From Bdellovibrionota bacterium FG-1 (GTDB lineage Bacteria; Bdellovibrionota; UBA1018): a stretch of DNA of 38,775 nucleotides. The notes under the pieces were generated by a model. That model was not told the origin of the DNA. It did not search any database and saw only the letters and a program-made list of their open reading frames with translations. Shown here in pieces: positions 1-10,021 of the stretch. How positions within the stretch are numbered: position 1 is the stretch's first letter; each line of letters starts with the position of its first letter. Location of the stretch: assembly GCA_051382295.1 (NCBI GenBank), contig JBBCAW010000110.1:1-38775 (forward strand). Direction: 5' to 3'. The position numbers and the translations under genes were made by a program.

Positions 1-2
1 GG

Positions 3-500
3 TTTATTCAGCTCGCGGGGGATCGCCTCGAGGGCGGGTGGGTTCTTTTGGGTGGTACGCTGCTCCCGTATTTAGGAATTGAGTATCGTGTGACCACGGA
101 TATTGATCTTGCGGGACTCGGCACCAAAGAACAAAGTCAGACGCTAGAACTGATGAGGATTGCCGAAGATCTGGGTTTGCCTGTTGAAAGTATCAACCAA
201 GCGGCCGCCTATTTTTTAATGAAACAACAACCGTTTGATCATCATTTGATTCTTTTGCATCGAGGAAAAAAGGCGGAGATTTGGCGTCCGGATCTTTTCT
301 TGTTTTTGACCCTGAAAATCGGGCGCCTCACGGAGTCTGACCTAACCGATTGCTTGGAAATGGTCAAACGTGAGGGACTCCTTTCTCAGGATGAGACTCA
401 AAAGATAAAAAAGCTCATCCGTAACGAACAAAAGAAATCTATTGAAAAGGAAAAGCAAACCCGCCTGGAAAGGTTGGCCCAGGCCTTGGATAAAAAATGA
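3..500 (+). CDS. Nucleotidyltransferase-like protein (DUF6036/AbiEii-like), 5'-truncated by the window edge
   Basis: Frame is open from position 3 (FIQLAGDRLEGGWVLLGGT...). The motif hhGG...R.T.DIDL (VLLGGTLLPYLGIEYRVTTDIDL) is typical of Pol-beta-like nucleotidyltransferases. Confidence 0.6.
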   Translation, partial: FIQLAGDRLEGGWVLLGGTLLPYLGIEYRVTTDIDLAGLGTKEQSQTLELMRIAEDLGLPVESINQAAAYFLMKQQPFDHHLILLHRGKKAEIWRPDLFLFLTLKIGRLTESDLTDCLEMVKREGLLSQDETQKIKKLIRNEQKKSIEKEKQTRLERLAQALDKK

Positions 501-646
501 GGCAATTGAAAATGGCCGATTTAAGAAATCTTCAAGCATTTCAGTAATATAAATTAAATTAGCTGAAGTGTATTGTTTTTAGTTGAGCTTTTTGGTTTTA
601 TCGGTAGGATATGAATATAGCACAACTCTCGGTCTAGGAGTTCACC

Positions 647-718
647 ATGAGATCATTGGTTATTTTCGGCTTTGTCGCCGGGCTCTTCGCCACGATTTCT
701 GTTTTTGTCGGGAGCTAA
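647..718 (+). CDS. Putative 23-aa hydrophobic small protein (MRSLVIFGFVAGLFATISVFVGS)
   Basis: AGGAG at 636-640, ATG 647, TAA 716-718. Single hydrophobic helix. Below the ORF-track cutoff. Confidence 0.35.
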   Translation: MRSLVIFGFVAGLFATISVFVGS

Positions 719-775
719 TTCATTCACTGATTTGAATAGTTCTATGGCAGAACTAATTGTATACTTATTAGTACT

Positions 776-1966
776 ATGGCAGAACCGCATGCTTTCACGG
801 AAATGCTCACCAGTCTGAAAATCATTGAATCTCGGAAACGCGCAGCCCTTCCCCAGGTACGCCGCCCGATCGAATTTGACGTATTTCAGAAAAACCATCA
901 GGCAATGATGGTGACGGGTGCTCGCGGAGTAGGAAAAACGACCCTCATGCTGCAAGACTGCGCGGCGGAAGAATTTCTTTATTTTTCCGCGGATAACCCC
1001 ATTTTGATGGGGGTTTCGCTGTACGAGCTGGGCGAGGCGGCTTTCATGCAAGGCTATGAAGGAATTTTGGTGGACGAGGTTCATTATGCAAAGGACTGGT
1101 CCGCTCACCTTAAGGCTCTTTATGATTCCTTTCCGCAAAAAAAAATATGGGCTTCCGATTCAAGCGCCATCGTTCTCCGTAAAGGGATGGGTGATCTCTC
1201 CCGCCGTTTTTTGGTTCAAAGGCTTCCTCTTCTTTCGTTTAGAGAGTTTTTGATTCTGATAGGGGCCGGGGAGTCTTTCCCTCTGCTGAACCCATTTTCC
1301 CCGGACAAGAAAGCCATTCATTCAGTGGTTTCAAAAATCAACATCATGAAGCACTTCCAAAACTACTTAAAGTACGGATTTCGACCTTTTTTCCTGGAGA
1401 GCATTGCTCAATACCCAGAGAAACTCATGGCAACGATTGATAAATCGCTCACTCAGGACATCCCTTTCTTGGTTCCACAGCTTTCCGAAAACCACTATCG
1501 CCTCATGTCCGCCGTGGTGGGATACCTTGCGAAATCTAGCGTGCCGACCCTTGCGGTAAACTCTCTTTGCAATGAGTGGGGAATCGGAAAAGAAAAACTG
1601 TATCAACTCTTACAAGCGCTCGAGGCAGCACAGGTCATCCGCATCATTCGCAAACCCAAAGATCATCGACTCCATTCCATCGGAGCCAAGATCTTTCTGC
1701 ATGAACCGGCCACCTACGGGGCGCTTGCTGGAAATACGGGCAGCGTCCGTGAAGCCTACTGTGCCGCCGCCCTTCAAGAGAGCGGTCACACCGTCCATGC
1801 GGCCCCTGATGAAAAAGAATGCGACATGATCGTGGATGAAAAAATCAGCCTTGAAATCGGTGGCGCCACAAAGAAGAAAAAGAAGGCAGACTGGGTCATC
1901 CGAGATAATATCGATCTTCCTGCCCCGGGAGTGATCCCGATGTGGCTGTTAGGCTTTGGTTATTGA
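776..1966 (+). CDS. ATP-binding protein, AAA_14/DUF4143-like
   Basis: Walker A GARGVGKTT, Walker B ILVDEVH, 'DLSRR' motif, and C-terminal D...EIGG...IPMWLLGFGY typical of this family. Confidence 0.8.
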   Translation: MAEPHAFTEMLTSLKIIESRKRAALPQVRRPIEFDVFQKNHQAMMVTGARGVGKTTLMLQDCAAEEFLYFSADNPILMGVSLYELGEAAFMQGYEGILVDEVHYAKDWSAHLKALYDSFPQKKIWASDSSAIVLRKGMGDLSRRFLVQRLPLLSFREFLILIGAGESFPLLNPFSPDKKAIHSVVSKINIMKHFQNYLKYGFRPFFLESIAQYPEKLMATIDKSLTQDIPFLVPQLSENHYRLMSAVVGYLAKSSVPTLAVNSLCNEWGIGKEKLYQLLQALEAAQVIRIIRKPKDHRLHSIGAKIFLHEPATYGALAGNTGSVREAYCAAALQESGHTVHAAPDEKECDMIVDEKISLEIGGATKKKKKADWVIRDNIDLPAPGVIPMWLLGFGY

Positions 1967-1977
1967 AGCCAATTTAG

Positions 1978-3183
1978 CTAGATCGCCGCCCATCCAAATC
2001 GATAATACATCTCTTCGAACCGCTCAAATGGCAGCACCGCAAAATCGGCGTCCATCCCAAGCTCGATCGTCCCTTTGTGGGATTCCAAGCCCAGAGCCTT
2101 GGCGCCGTTGTACGTCACGGCTGCAAAAATTTCGGCGCGAGTCATGCCCAAATAAAGCGCCGCAATGGTCATGATGATCGGCAGTGAGAGGCACATCGAA
2201 GTCCCGGGATTAAAGTCCGTCGAAAGAGCGACGCAGCCGCCGGCATCAATGATTTTGCGAGCCGGAGCGTGCGGGGCCTTAAGATAGAACGCTGTTCCGG
2301 GCAAGAGCACGGCCACGGTTTGCGAGGCGGCAATGGCTTTGATTCCGCGATTCGAGATCTTGAGCAAATGGTCCGCTGACAATGCACCGAGCTTGGCGGC
2401 AAGGGCTGCGGATTCGGTATTGGCGAGTTCATCAGCATGGACTTTGACCCGAAGCCCTAGTTCGCGGGCGCGCTGGAGAATTTTACGACCTTCAGCCAAG
2501 GTGTAATAGCCCTCGTCAATAAATACATCACAAGCCTCAGCCAATTTACGGCGGGCGATCTCGGGAAGCATGTGGTCGGTGAGTTCTCTCAGATAATCTT
2601 CGCGTGAGCAGTCTTTTGGAAAGGCATGAGCACCCAAGAAGGTCGCCTGAAGCGTGAGCTGCGGGAATTTCTTTTTTAGCCTGGCGATGACCTCTAGGAT
2701 TTTGATTTCACTTTCAAACGAAAGCCCATAGCCACTTTTGATCTCGATGGTGCGTACGCCATAGGCGCTGAGTTCCTTGAGTCTTGCGATTGCGTCGCGT
2801 TCTAATTCTGCGGGACTGGCCTCCCGAGTTGCTCGAACAGTCGCGGTAATGCCGCCCCCTTTGGCCGCGATCTCTTGATAAGTGGCGCCGCCACAACGGG
2901 CAGCAAACTCATCGGCCCGATTGCCGGCAAAAACGAGGTGAGTGTGACAATCGACCATGCCAGGAATGATGGCCTGCTTGAGCATCAGATTGCGGGCTTT
3001 GAGCTTCAAGAAACGCCGAGGAAGGTCTGAGGTGAGTCCTACCCATTTAATTTTATTGCCTCCGTAAACCATGGCGCCGTCCTCGATTCGGCCCAGGTCG
3101 GCTTCGAGTGCTTTTCGGCCATCTTTTTTACGGATTCCGCGACCGGTCAGGATTTCGCTGGCATGAGTGATGAGTTGATCCAT
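1978..3183 (-). CDS. hutI: Imidazolonepropionase
   Basis: PGMVDCHTHLVFAG, GGGI...TV, EIKSGYGL, TFLGAH, KVHADEL, SADHL, STDFNPGTS. Start placed at MDQLITH (3183). Confidence 0.93.
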   Translation of the reverse strand: MDQLITHASEILTGRGIRKKDGRKALEADLGRIEDGAMVYGGNKIKWVGLTSDLPRRFLKLKARNLMLKQAIIPGMVDCHTHLVFAGNRADEFAARCGGATYQEIAAKGGGITATVRATREASPAELERDAIARLKELSAYGVRTIEIKSGYGLSFESEIKILEVIARLKKKFPQLTLQATFLGAHAFPKDCSREDYLRELTDHMLPEIARRKLAEACDVFIDEGYYTLAEGRKILQRARELGLRVKVHADELANTESAALAAKLGALSADHLLKISNRGIKAIAASQTVAVLLPGTAFYLKAPHAPARKIIDAGGCVALSTDFNPGTSMCLSLPIIMTIAALYLGMTRAEIFAAVTYNGAKALGLESHKGTIELGMDADFAVLPFERFEEMYYRFGWAAI

Positions 3184-3239
3184 GAGGTTGTTTAAACCTC
3201 TTTTTGCAAAAGACAGCAAGTCCCCGTATAGCTTTAGCT

Positions 3240-4796
3240 ATGCGCGCTCATGGTTTTTGGACTGCCCTGGTTTCTCTTTCGGCTTTGGCTTCCGTGACCT
3301 TTTTAGGAAAGGCCTACGAAACCTCACTTCGAGGCATTGACTCCAATATTCATGGTGCGGTTTCCATGAGCGTGACCTCGGGGCCCGGGCTCGCCCCACG
3401 GTTGCCGATTCCGATTCGGAATTTTCAAGCGGCCGCACCTTCGGTGCCGGGATCAAAGTTAGATCCGAATCTTTATTTTAATGATCATCCGTTCTTTTTG
3501 TTTTGGGTTAATGGTTTGATCCTACGTGCTTTTGGTCCGAGTGCCTGGTCGGCCAGGCTTTTGACCGCGCTTTTTTCGGTCGGTACGGTCCTTCTGACAT
3601 TCTTGATAGGCAGCCTTTTGGTTTCTCGACCCTTTGGAATGGTGGCGGCGCTTCTTACCGTCTTTTGCCGTGATTTTGTCCTGACCAGCGCCACAATGAG
3701 TTTGGACACCGCGCTCGTTTTTTTTATCGTGCTGACCTTCTATCTCTGGTTGCGAGGTCGGTGGTTTTGGCTTGGAATTGCGGCGGGAGTGGGGCTTTGG
3801 ATTAAGACGCCTTTGGTTTTACTCGTGTTTCCAACGGCGGTGATTTACGCGGCTATTCAAAAGAAGCTCAAACAAGACTGGCGGGGTCTCGCTTGCGCGG
3901 GTGGCTTGGCCGTTTTGGTGGGTTCGATCATTTGGATCTACACGGGCGTCCATGGAGGCTGGGAGCTGGTTCAGGATTACTGGTTGCGTCAGTTTTGGGG
4001 GACGGCAGTTCAGGGACGTGGTCAGGCGCAGGGAACGGACTTTGGATTTTTTTGGTACTATGTGCGGACGGGGTTTTTGCCAGGGTTTCCATTTTTATTA
4101 GTAGCGTTGGCCTTGATCGCAAAAAATAGAAAATGGCGAGAGGCTTCTTTTTTGGTTCCGGCGATTGCGGTTTTGATTTTGGCTTTTGTTGTGACGGTGA
4201 TGCGCTTTAAGCTGGGTCATTATGTCACGCCTGTTTTTCCGTTCTTAGCGCTGATTTCAGCGCACTCGGTGGGGAGATGGGTGGAGCAGCATGAGACTCG
4301 ATTTTACTCGGGTTTGAGTATCGTCGCGATTTTGTTGATGGCATTTTTACTGGTGACTCCCGTGGGGCTTGGCCCCGAGGCTTTTGTCGCGCTCAAACGA
4401 TTTGTGCCGTTGATTCAAACCCACGGAAATTGTGACGATCACATCGCGTTGATTCCGGGGGGAGAGCCCGTCGGTGGGGATCTGGATTATCGGTTGTTTC
4501 TGAATTTTTACACGGGCCGGTATGTCGATGTCGTGGAGTGTTCGCAAGTGGGGCAACTGACCAGGGCTTTGCCTCAATGGGTGATCGTGAGTCACGAGAA
4601 CTTTGAGCGTTGCCTATCTCAAGCCTTGCGAAAGAAGTATTTGTCGACCTACCGGATGGGGTCGCAATACTTGCTGACGACTTTGACTGCTAGTGCCCCG
4701 GTGATTGATCTCACGCCGCTTGAGCTTGAACTCAAAGCAGTGACAGATTGCAAAGCTCCGCCGTTTCCGAAGGACATTTGGCATCGTTATGATTAA
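3240..4796 (+). CDS. Glycosyltransferase family 39 (ArnT/PMT-like) membrane protein
   Basis: Many TM segments, with FNDHP, 'FGPSAWSARL', 'GLWIKTP' and 'KLGHYVTPVFP' motifs. Confidence 0.75.
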   Translation: MRAHGFWTALVSLSALASVTFLGKAYETSLRGIDSNIHGAVSMSVTSGPGLAPRLPIPIRNFQAAAPSVPGSKLDPNLYFNDHPFFLFWVNGLILRAFGPSAWSARLLTALFSVGTVLLTFLIGSLLVSRPFGMVAALLTVFCRDFVLTSATMSLDTALVFFIVLTFYLWLRGRWFWLGIAAGVGLWIKTPLVLLVFPTAVIYAAIQKKLKQDWRGLACAGGLAVLVGSIIWIYTGVHGGWELVQDYWLRQFWGTAVQGRGQAQGTDFGFFWYYVRTGFLPGFPFLLVALALIAKNRKWREASFLVPAIAVLILAFVVTVMRFKLGHYVTPVFPFLALISAHSVGRWVEQHETRFYSGLSIVAILLMAFLLVTPVGLGPEAFVALKRFVPLIQTHGNCDDHIALIPGGEPVGGDLDYRLFLNFYTGRYVDVVECSQVGQLTRALPQWVIVSHENFERCLSQALRKKYLSTYRMGSQYLLTTLTASAPVIDLTPLELELKAVTDCKAPPFPKDIWHRYD

Positions 4797-5487
4797 GAAG
4801 CGCCCCTAAGCCCAACGCCTCACCGCTTACAGGTTCATGGGTACGTGATTCCAAGAACAGGTCGCGCTGATCGAGGGCATTGACGATTCGTTGCGCAATA
4901 TCGTCAAAATGGCTGCCGTTGTGCAAAAAATCGAGCTCGTCGCTGTCGATGATCAGTTTTTTGCCCAGAGAGTAGGTGTCTAGCCACTCATCGTAATAGC
5001 GATTGAGATCGACCAAATATTTGTCCGGAATATTTTTTTCGTAATCGCGCGCGCGGCGAGTGATGTGTTCCTTGAGGCGTGGAAGGGATTTGCGCAGGTA
5101 AATGACCAAGTCCGGCGGATTCAAAAACTGACACATCGAATGATAGAGGTCGAGGTAGTTATGGTAATCGCGTTTTTCCATCATGCCGTTCTCAAAGAGA
5201 TTGCGCGCAAAGATGTTGGCATCTTCATAAATACTTCGGTCTTGAATCGCGCTATTGGGGCCTTGCGTGATGTCTTGATGGGCCTTAAAGCGATTATTCA
5301 GAAAGAAAATCTGCAGTGGAAAGGACCAGCGCCCCATGTCCTGATAAAAATCGGCGAGGTAGGGATTGTTGGCGACCGCCTCAAAATGCGCATTCCAGCC
5401 GAAACGCTCGGAAAGCATGCGCGAGAGAGTGGTTTTGCCTGTACCGATGTTTCCGGCGACCGCGATAAAAATCTTCTCACTCGCCAA
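4732..5487 (-). CDS. Deoxynucleoside kinase (dAK/dGK family)
   Basis: IAVAGNIGTGKTT P-loop, DRSIYED and PDLVIYL motifs. Confidence 0.9.
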   Translation of the reverse strand: MASEKIFIAVAGNIGTGKTTLSRMLSERFGWNAHFEAVANNPYLADFYQDMGRWSFPLQIFFLNNRFKAHQDITQGPNSAIQDRSIYEDANIFARNLFENGMMEKRDYHNYLDLYHSMCQFLNPPDLVIYLRKSLPRLKEHITRRARDYEKNIPDKYLVDLNRYYDEWLDTYSLGKKLIIDSDELDFLHNGSHFDDIAQRIVNALDQRDLFLESRTHEPVSGEALGLGALLNHNDAKCPSETAELCNLSLL

Positions 5488-5681
5488 GCTGAATCCCCCC
5501 GCAGAAAAAATAGATGCCGATCTTAGTGATTAGAAGCAGGAGGCCGATCAAGTCAAGCGTCGGACAAAAAAAGGTGACGACGGGGTGCTTCCTGGTTGGG
5601 AAAGTTAGCGTTCAATGTCCTTTTACTGGACAACTTCCAAGGCCAGCGTTATGAGTCCCAGCCAACCAAAATTTTAGGAAA

Positions 5682-6194
5682 ATGATCATGAAAAAAACTT
5701 CGCTTTTGGCAATTATTATTGTGAGTTTCACTTTGGTTTTCGCTGCTTGCGGGAAAGACAATAGTGGCTCAACCCCCACTCCGGCTAAACCTGCCGGTCA
5801 GGGCGCTGGGGATTTGGGCGGAATCGGCGGCGGTGCAAAAGCTCCAACAGGCGGAACCGATCCAACAAATCCAGTGAAAACTCCGGCACCAGGAGCACAG
5901 AACTGCGCTGTCGGCGCGAATTTTTTCGGAAGCTGCGTTCAAAAAGACAAAATTTGCATCGATTACAGTGGAGTCTATGCACAAGTTGCCGAAGCCATTA
6001 AGAAAAGCTGTGTAGAAAATGATGGCGGAATCTTTTCTAATGCCGCTTGTTCGTTGGAAGGTATTTCTGGAAGTTGCAAGGTTTCCACGGGTACGGTGAT
6101 TGAAGTGGTGCTCCGTTTTCCACAAGATATGAAGCAAGCAGATGTCTCTATGGGCTGTACAGCTCAAAACAACGCGACCTTTTGCGCACCTTGA
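5682..6194 (+). CDS. Cysteine-rich lipoprotein, unknown function
   Basis: Signal peptide with lipobox FAAC, Gly/Pro-rich linker and a C-terminal domain with multiple Cys. Confidence 0.75.
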   Translation: MIMKKTSLLAIIIVSFTLVFAACGKDNSGSTPTPAKPAGQGAGDLGGIGGGAKAPTGGTDPTNPVKTPAPGAQNCAVGANFFGSCVQKDKICIDYSGVYAQVAEAIKKSCVENDGGIFSNAACSLEGISGSCKVSTGTVIEVVLRFPQDMKQADVSMGCTAQNNATFCAP

Positions 6195-6206
6195 GATCCT
6201 GAACCT

Positions 6207-7373
6207 CTATTTTTTTTGCCGCGCTACTGCGGGTGTTGTGTTTTGTAGACGGTTATCGAGCTGAGATAACATGCTCTCGATTTCACTTTTGAGACTCGCT
6301 TGAGCTTCGTGAAGTTCTACACCCAGTTCGCCTTCTGTGGGGCCGAGGTCGGTCGATCTGTATTTAGGGAGTCGACTGAGTGCGACTTGGAGATCTTTGC
6401 GCGCGCTCCAAAGGGAGTCAGCCCCTTCTCGAAAGAGTTCAGCTCTCAAACGAGCTAGGCTCAAAAGGCTCAAGAGATGAAAAGGCTTGGCATCGATGTC
6501 TTCTTCCAAGACGCTCACTGCCCCTTTACGATTGCCTGAAGAGGCTAAAACATCCGTGTACCAAATCGGTGCGCGTTCTGAATGTTCGAGGCCTTCATAA
6601 CCGAACTTGAGTTCCTCAATGGCTACAGCAAGTTCTCCTCGTTGATGGAGTGCGCGTCCAAGCCAAAGGCGGACCTCGGGCTCGATTGGATCTAAGCGTT
6701 TTGCAAGCCGGAGGCGCTCAGCGGCGCTGTCAAAGTCGCCGTCCAAAACGAGGCATTGGCCGATTCGCACCAAAACCTCGACATTGTCAGGTTCGGCCTC
6801 AGCCGCTTTTTCGAAACGTTCACGCGCGGCTCGGTACTTTCGTTGACCAAGAAGGTTAAGTCCTTCTTGGTAAATTTCGCGCGTCGCTTTAGTTAAAAAT
6901 AGCCGCGAAATCACTCGCGCCCTTTCTGTGAGTGCTGCTTGATGCGTCCCGGTTTGGCGGGGGATGGCCTGGTTAAGGATTCCCAGGGCTTCTTCGCGTC
7001 GGCCCGAGTAAACCAGCGCACGCGCCAATTCGATGGCGCCCGGAAAATAATCAGGATTTTTTTTAAGAACGGATCGGAGCACGATCGCAGCTTCGGCCCA
7101 TTTGCGTTGTGCGAGCAATTTCTTGGCATCCACATAATCTGAATGGGCAGGAAGCTGGGGGGCCGGATCGGGTTCGCTCGGGTCGGGGAGCCCATTGTCT
7201 CCAATTTCGGCCCAAGCGCTGGGTAGGACCGTTAAAACAATGACGCCAAGTGCGGCGCCGAGCGATAATAGTCGAACAACGACGCTGAATGGCTTCGGGA
7301 TGGGTTGCGTAGAAGAATGCGGGCGGGCTAAACTAAAGAAACGCACGGTATGGAGATTAAAGCGAAAGCGCAT
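6207..7373 (-). CDS. Secreted tetratricopeptide-repeat protein (start uncertain)
   Basis: Repeated TPR-like helices (A...L...L...PD; LARAL...G...EA). Hydrophobic signal-like segment ending in AWA. Confidence 0.75.
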   Translation of the reverse strand: MRFRFNLHTVRFFSLARPHSSTQPIPKPFSVVVRLLSLGAALGVIVLTVLPSAWAEIGDNGLPDPSEPDPAPQLPAHSDYVDAKKLLAQRKWAEAAIVLRSVLKKNPDYFPGAIELARALVYSGRREEALGILNQAIPRQTGTHQAALTERARVISRLFLTKATREIYQEGLNLLGQRKYRAARERFEKAAEAEPDNVEVLVRIGQCLVLDGDFDSAAERLRLAKRLDPIEPEVRLWLGRALHQRGELAVAIEELKFGYEGLEHSERAPIWYTDVLASSGNRKGAVSVLEEDIDAKPFHLLSLLSLARLRAELFREGADSLWSARKDLQVALSRLPKYRSTDLGPTEGELGVELHEAQASLKSEIESMLSQLDNRLQNTTPAVARQKK

Positions 7374-8516
7374 CAGCTTGTCAAATTACTCAGTGTCCGA
7401 CCCCGGGTAGGGGTTGCGATTCTGGCCGCCTTATTGACGGGGGGCGGCGAGCTGCCTCGTATTGTTCAGGCGGCTGAAGAGCCTTCTGAGTCTACGCCAC
7501 CTCTTTCGGTCGTTCCCTCACCGGCAGATCCTCTTCCTTTAATTGAAGCGCGCGTGTTTGATGTTCGGGTTGTGAGACACAGTCGTTCGGAACGAGTTTA
7601 TCTTTTTGATGATGTTTCAGACTCAAAGACGCGGCCTGGCAAAATTTTATTATTACGCAAAGATAATAATCCTGTGATGGCTTTTCGAGTGATTAGGACG
7701 TACGCCGAAAAAAAGCAAATTGCTGCAAAACGGGTTCGTCGTTACGGCGATGTTAAAAATCTCGACAATGACGCGACGTTTTCAGCCTTGGAGAAGGTTC
7801 TCGATATTCCGCTTCCTCCTCAGACCGCGCAGGATAAGGCTGATCTCAAAGAACTAGAAAATCCCAACGCGGTCCCAACTGCACCGGGTCCCGAAGTGCA
7901 TCCCTTTGATCCGGATCTCGACGCGGGATCCTCTCCCCCGCCGGGAGGGACAGTTGATAGTGATCAGTCGAAAGACACTCCTTTTCGTGACGACGACGAC
8001 GAGGATCAAGCCGCGCATCTGGGCTTAGCGATCGAAGAAACCAATCCTCTTGACCCAAACACTCACTGGCTGACGGGAGGTGTGGGGTATCTGCGTAACG
8101 GAGCCCCTGATGGGACTTCGGCCTTTTATCTCAGTGGTGGTCTGCGTTATGGTTTGACCCTCGGAAAAATGATTTTCTTGCGTCGCGCAAAAGCTCAAGA
8201 TTCGATCGTGGCTGAGGCGGGACTTTTCTTTTATCGAATTATTGGTTTTCAGAAAGACACCGAATCTTACGATGTGATGCCTCTACTGGGAACGGCTCGT
8301 TACAATATTCAATTCAGCGAAAACTTTGCGATTTTCTTTTATGGTGGAGTCGTGCAAAACAGGGTGATACGGACCAATGGCGACAATGCTCATTTGTTGA
8401 GCATGACTTTTCCGACCGCTGGTGGCGGGTTCTTGTTTCGAGTGGGGCCCAACTGGGATGCTCGCGTTGATCTAGGATATGATACGGCCACCTTGGGTTT
8501 GGTTCTCCGCTTTTAA
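7350..8516 (+). CDS. Exported protein with probable C-terminal outer-membrane beta-barrel (start uncertain)
   Basis: Signal-like N-terminus, acidic/Pro-rich linker, alternating amphipathic strands ending LGLVLRF (terminal Phe, BAM-type signal). Confidence 0.6.
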   Translation: MEIKAKAHQLVKLLSVRPRVGVAILAALLTGGGELPRIVQAAEEPSESTPPLSVVPSPADPLPLIEARVFDVRVVRHSRSERVYLFDDVSDSKTRPGKILLLRKDNNPVMAFRVIRTYAEKKQIAAKRVRRYGDVKNLDNDATFSALEKVLDIPLPPQTAQDKADLKELENPNAVPTAPGPEVHPFDPDLDAGSSPPPGGTVDSDQSKDTPFRDDDDEDQAAHLGLAIEETNPLDPNTHWLTGGVGYLRNGAPDGTSAFYLSGGLRYGLTLGKMIFLRRAKAQDSIVAEAGLFFYRIIGFQKDTESYDVMPLLGTARYNIQFSENFAIFFYGGVVQNRVIRTNGDNAHLLSMTFPTAGGGFLFRVGPNWDARVDLGYDTATLGLVLRF

Positions 8517-8529
8517 GAAAGTGATCGAG

Positions 8530-8727
8530 ATGCGTATTTCTGCTTGGATGATTCTCCTCTGTTTTTGCGTCGCAGCTATGATGATTTGTGGTTGCGGCGT
8601 AAAAGGGCCACCATTGCCTCCGCTTCCGGCCACTCCTGAGCGGTCAGAAGTTTCGCCGTCTCCTTCACCCTCACTGAAACCAATACCAACAAAAACCCCC
8701 ACCGCAATTCGGGAAGATGAGTCATGA
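8530..8727 (+). CDS. Small lipoprotein, LppL/LptM(YifL)-like
   Basis: Lipobox followed by CGVKGPPLPP. Sits directly upstream of lysA, a known context for this family. Confidence 0.7.
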   Translation: MRISAWMILLCFCVAAMMICGCGVKGPPLPPLPATPERSEVSPSPSPSLKPIPTKTPTAIREDES

Positions 8728-10013
8728 GTACACCGCTTGAGTTTTTTGAATATAAAAAAGGCATTCTGTCCACAGGGGGGGTCAGTCTAGATCACGTTGC
8801 GGATCATGTTGGTACGCCGTGTTATGTTTACTCAGCAGAAGGGTTTTTGAAGCCTCTTCAGGAGCTGAAAAAAGGTTTGAAAGGTTTGGACTCTCTCATT
8901 TGCTTTGCGGCAAAATCTTGTTCGAATATTGCGATCCTTGACCTGGTCGCCAAGGCGGGGGCTGGAGTTGATTTGGTTTCTGGAGGCGAGCTTTTTCGTG
9001 CAGGTTTAGCAGGGGTTTCACCCCAGAAGATCGTTTTTTCGGGCGTCGGAAAAACCCCAGGAGAAATGGCCACGGCGCTCGAGTTTGGCGAAGCCGGAAT
9101 TTTTGCTTTTAATGTCGAATCTGTTTCTGAACTTGCGACGTTAAGTACGATTGCGGAAGAATTAGGCCGAACGGCAACGGTGGCGCTTCGATTCAATCCC
9201 GATGTCAATGCCAAGACCCATCCCGCTGTTTCGACGGGGCTTAAAAAGCATAAATTCGGAATGAGCCGCGCAGAAATTCTTAAAATCGCCGAAGGAATTG
9301 AGAGTTTTCCAGGCATCGCGTTGGCTGGGATCAGTTTGCATATCGGGAGCCAACTTTTGTCTCTTGCACCGCTTAAAGATGCTTTCATTTTGACGCGTGA
9401 GCTTATTGAAGAATTGGATACGATCCTCCCTGACCTGATTCGTTTCGTGGATCTTGGGGGGGGCCTTGGCATTACTTACAGCAAAGAAAAGCCTCCGACG
9501 ATTGCTCAGTATTGCGCGCTGATAGCCAAACAGTTTGGTCCCAAGTCCCCGCTCAAGCGTCGGCTTAAGATTTTGATTGAACCGGGGCGGTTAATTTCGG
9601 GTAATGCGGGTGTTTTGTTGACCGAAGTTTTGTATCGTAAAGTTCGAAAAGACAAAGATTTCTTGGTTGTTGACGCGGCCATGAATGATTTACTTCGTCC
9701 TGCGCTTTACGGAAGCCATCACGAAGCCGTCCCTGTTTTCGCGATGCCCAAAGGCCCGCGTAAGAAGACGGATATCGTTGGGCCGGTCTGTGAAACCAGT
9801 GATTGCTTTGCCGCTGAAAGGCCGCTGCCAAAGGCGCTCAACCAGGGTGATCTCGTCGCGATTCTTTCGGCAGGAGCTTATGGGTTTTCGATGTCTGGAA
9901 ATTATAATAGTCGGCCCCGGGCTCCTGAAGTTTTGATTCGGGAGGGTAAAATTCGGGTGATTCGAGACCGCGAAAGCTACGAAGACCTAGTCAAGGGCGA
10001 AAGATTGGAATAA
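8724..10013 (+). CDS. lysA: Diaminopimelate decarboxylase
   Basis: GTPCYVYS, FAAK (PLP Lys), VSGGE, HIGSQ, DLGGG, EPGR, GPVCETSD, GAYG, NYNSRPR. Confidence 0.95.
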   Translation: MSTPLEFFEYKKGILSTGGVSLDHVADHVGTPCYVYSAEGFLKPLQELKKGLKGLDSLICFAAKSCSNIAILDLVAKAGAGVDLVSGGELFRAGLAGVSPQKIVFSGVGKTPGEMATALEFGEAGIFAFNVESVSELATLSTIAEELGRTATVALRFNPDVNAKTHPAVSTGLKKHKFGMSRAEILKIAEGIESFPGIALAGISLHIGSQLLSLAPLKDAFILTRELIEELDTILPDLIRFVDLGGGLGITYSKEKPPTIAQYCALIAKQFGPKSPLKRRLKILIEPGRLISGNAGVLLTEVLYRKVRKDKDFLVVDAAMNDLLRPALYGSHHEAVPVFAMPKGPRKKTDIVGPVCETSDCFAAERPLPKALNQGDLVAILSAGAYGFSMSGNYNSRPRAPEVLIREGKIRVIRDRESYEDLVKGERLE

Positions 10014-10021
10014 AAGAAGTT

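Noticed and set aside
653..1138. 161-aa minus-strand ORF and other long antisense ORFs over lysA, etfB, the Fe-S gene, clpB and the ankyrin gene
   Set aside because: They overlap well-supported genes on the opposite strand and show no motifs.
1978..3183. hutI without other hut genes
   Set aside because: Scattered hut genes are common and the rest may lie elsewhere in the genome.
4732..4796. 65-nt convergent overlap of the glycosyltransferase and kinase genes
   Set aside because: A non-conserved-looking C-terminal tail running into the neighbour is common in compact genomes.
7350..7373. Head-to-head overlap of the TPR and beta-barrel ORFs
   Set aside because: Most likely due to longest-ORF start calls. 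True starts cannot be fixed from the sequence alone.
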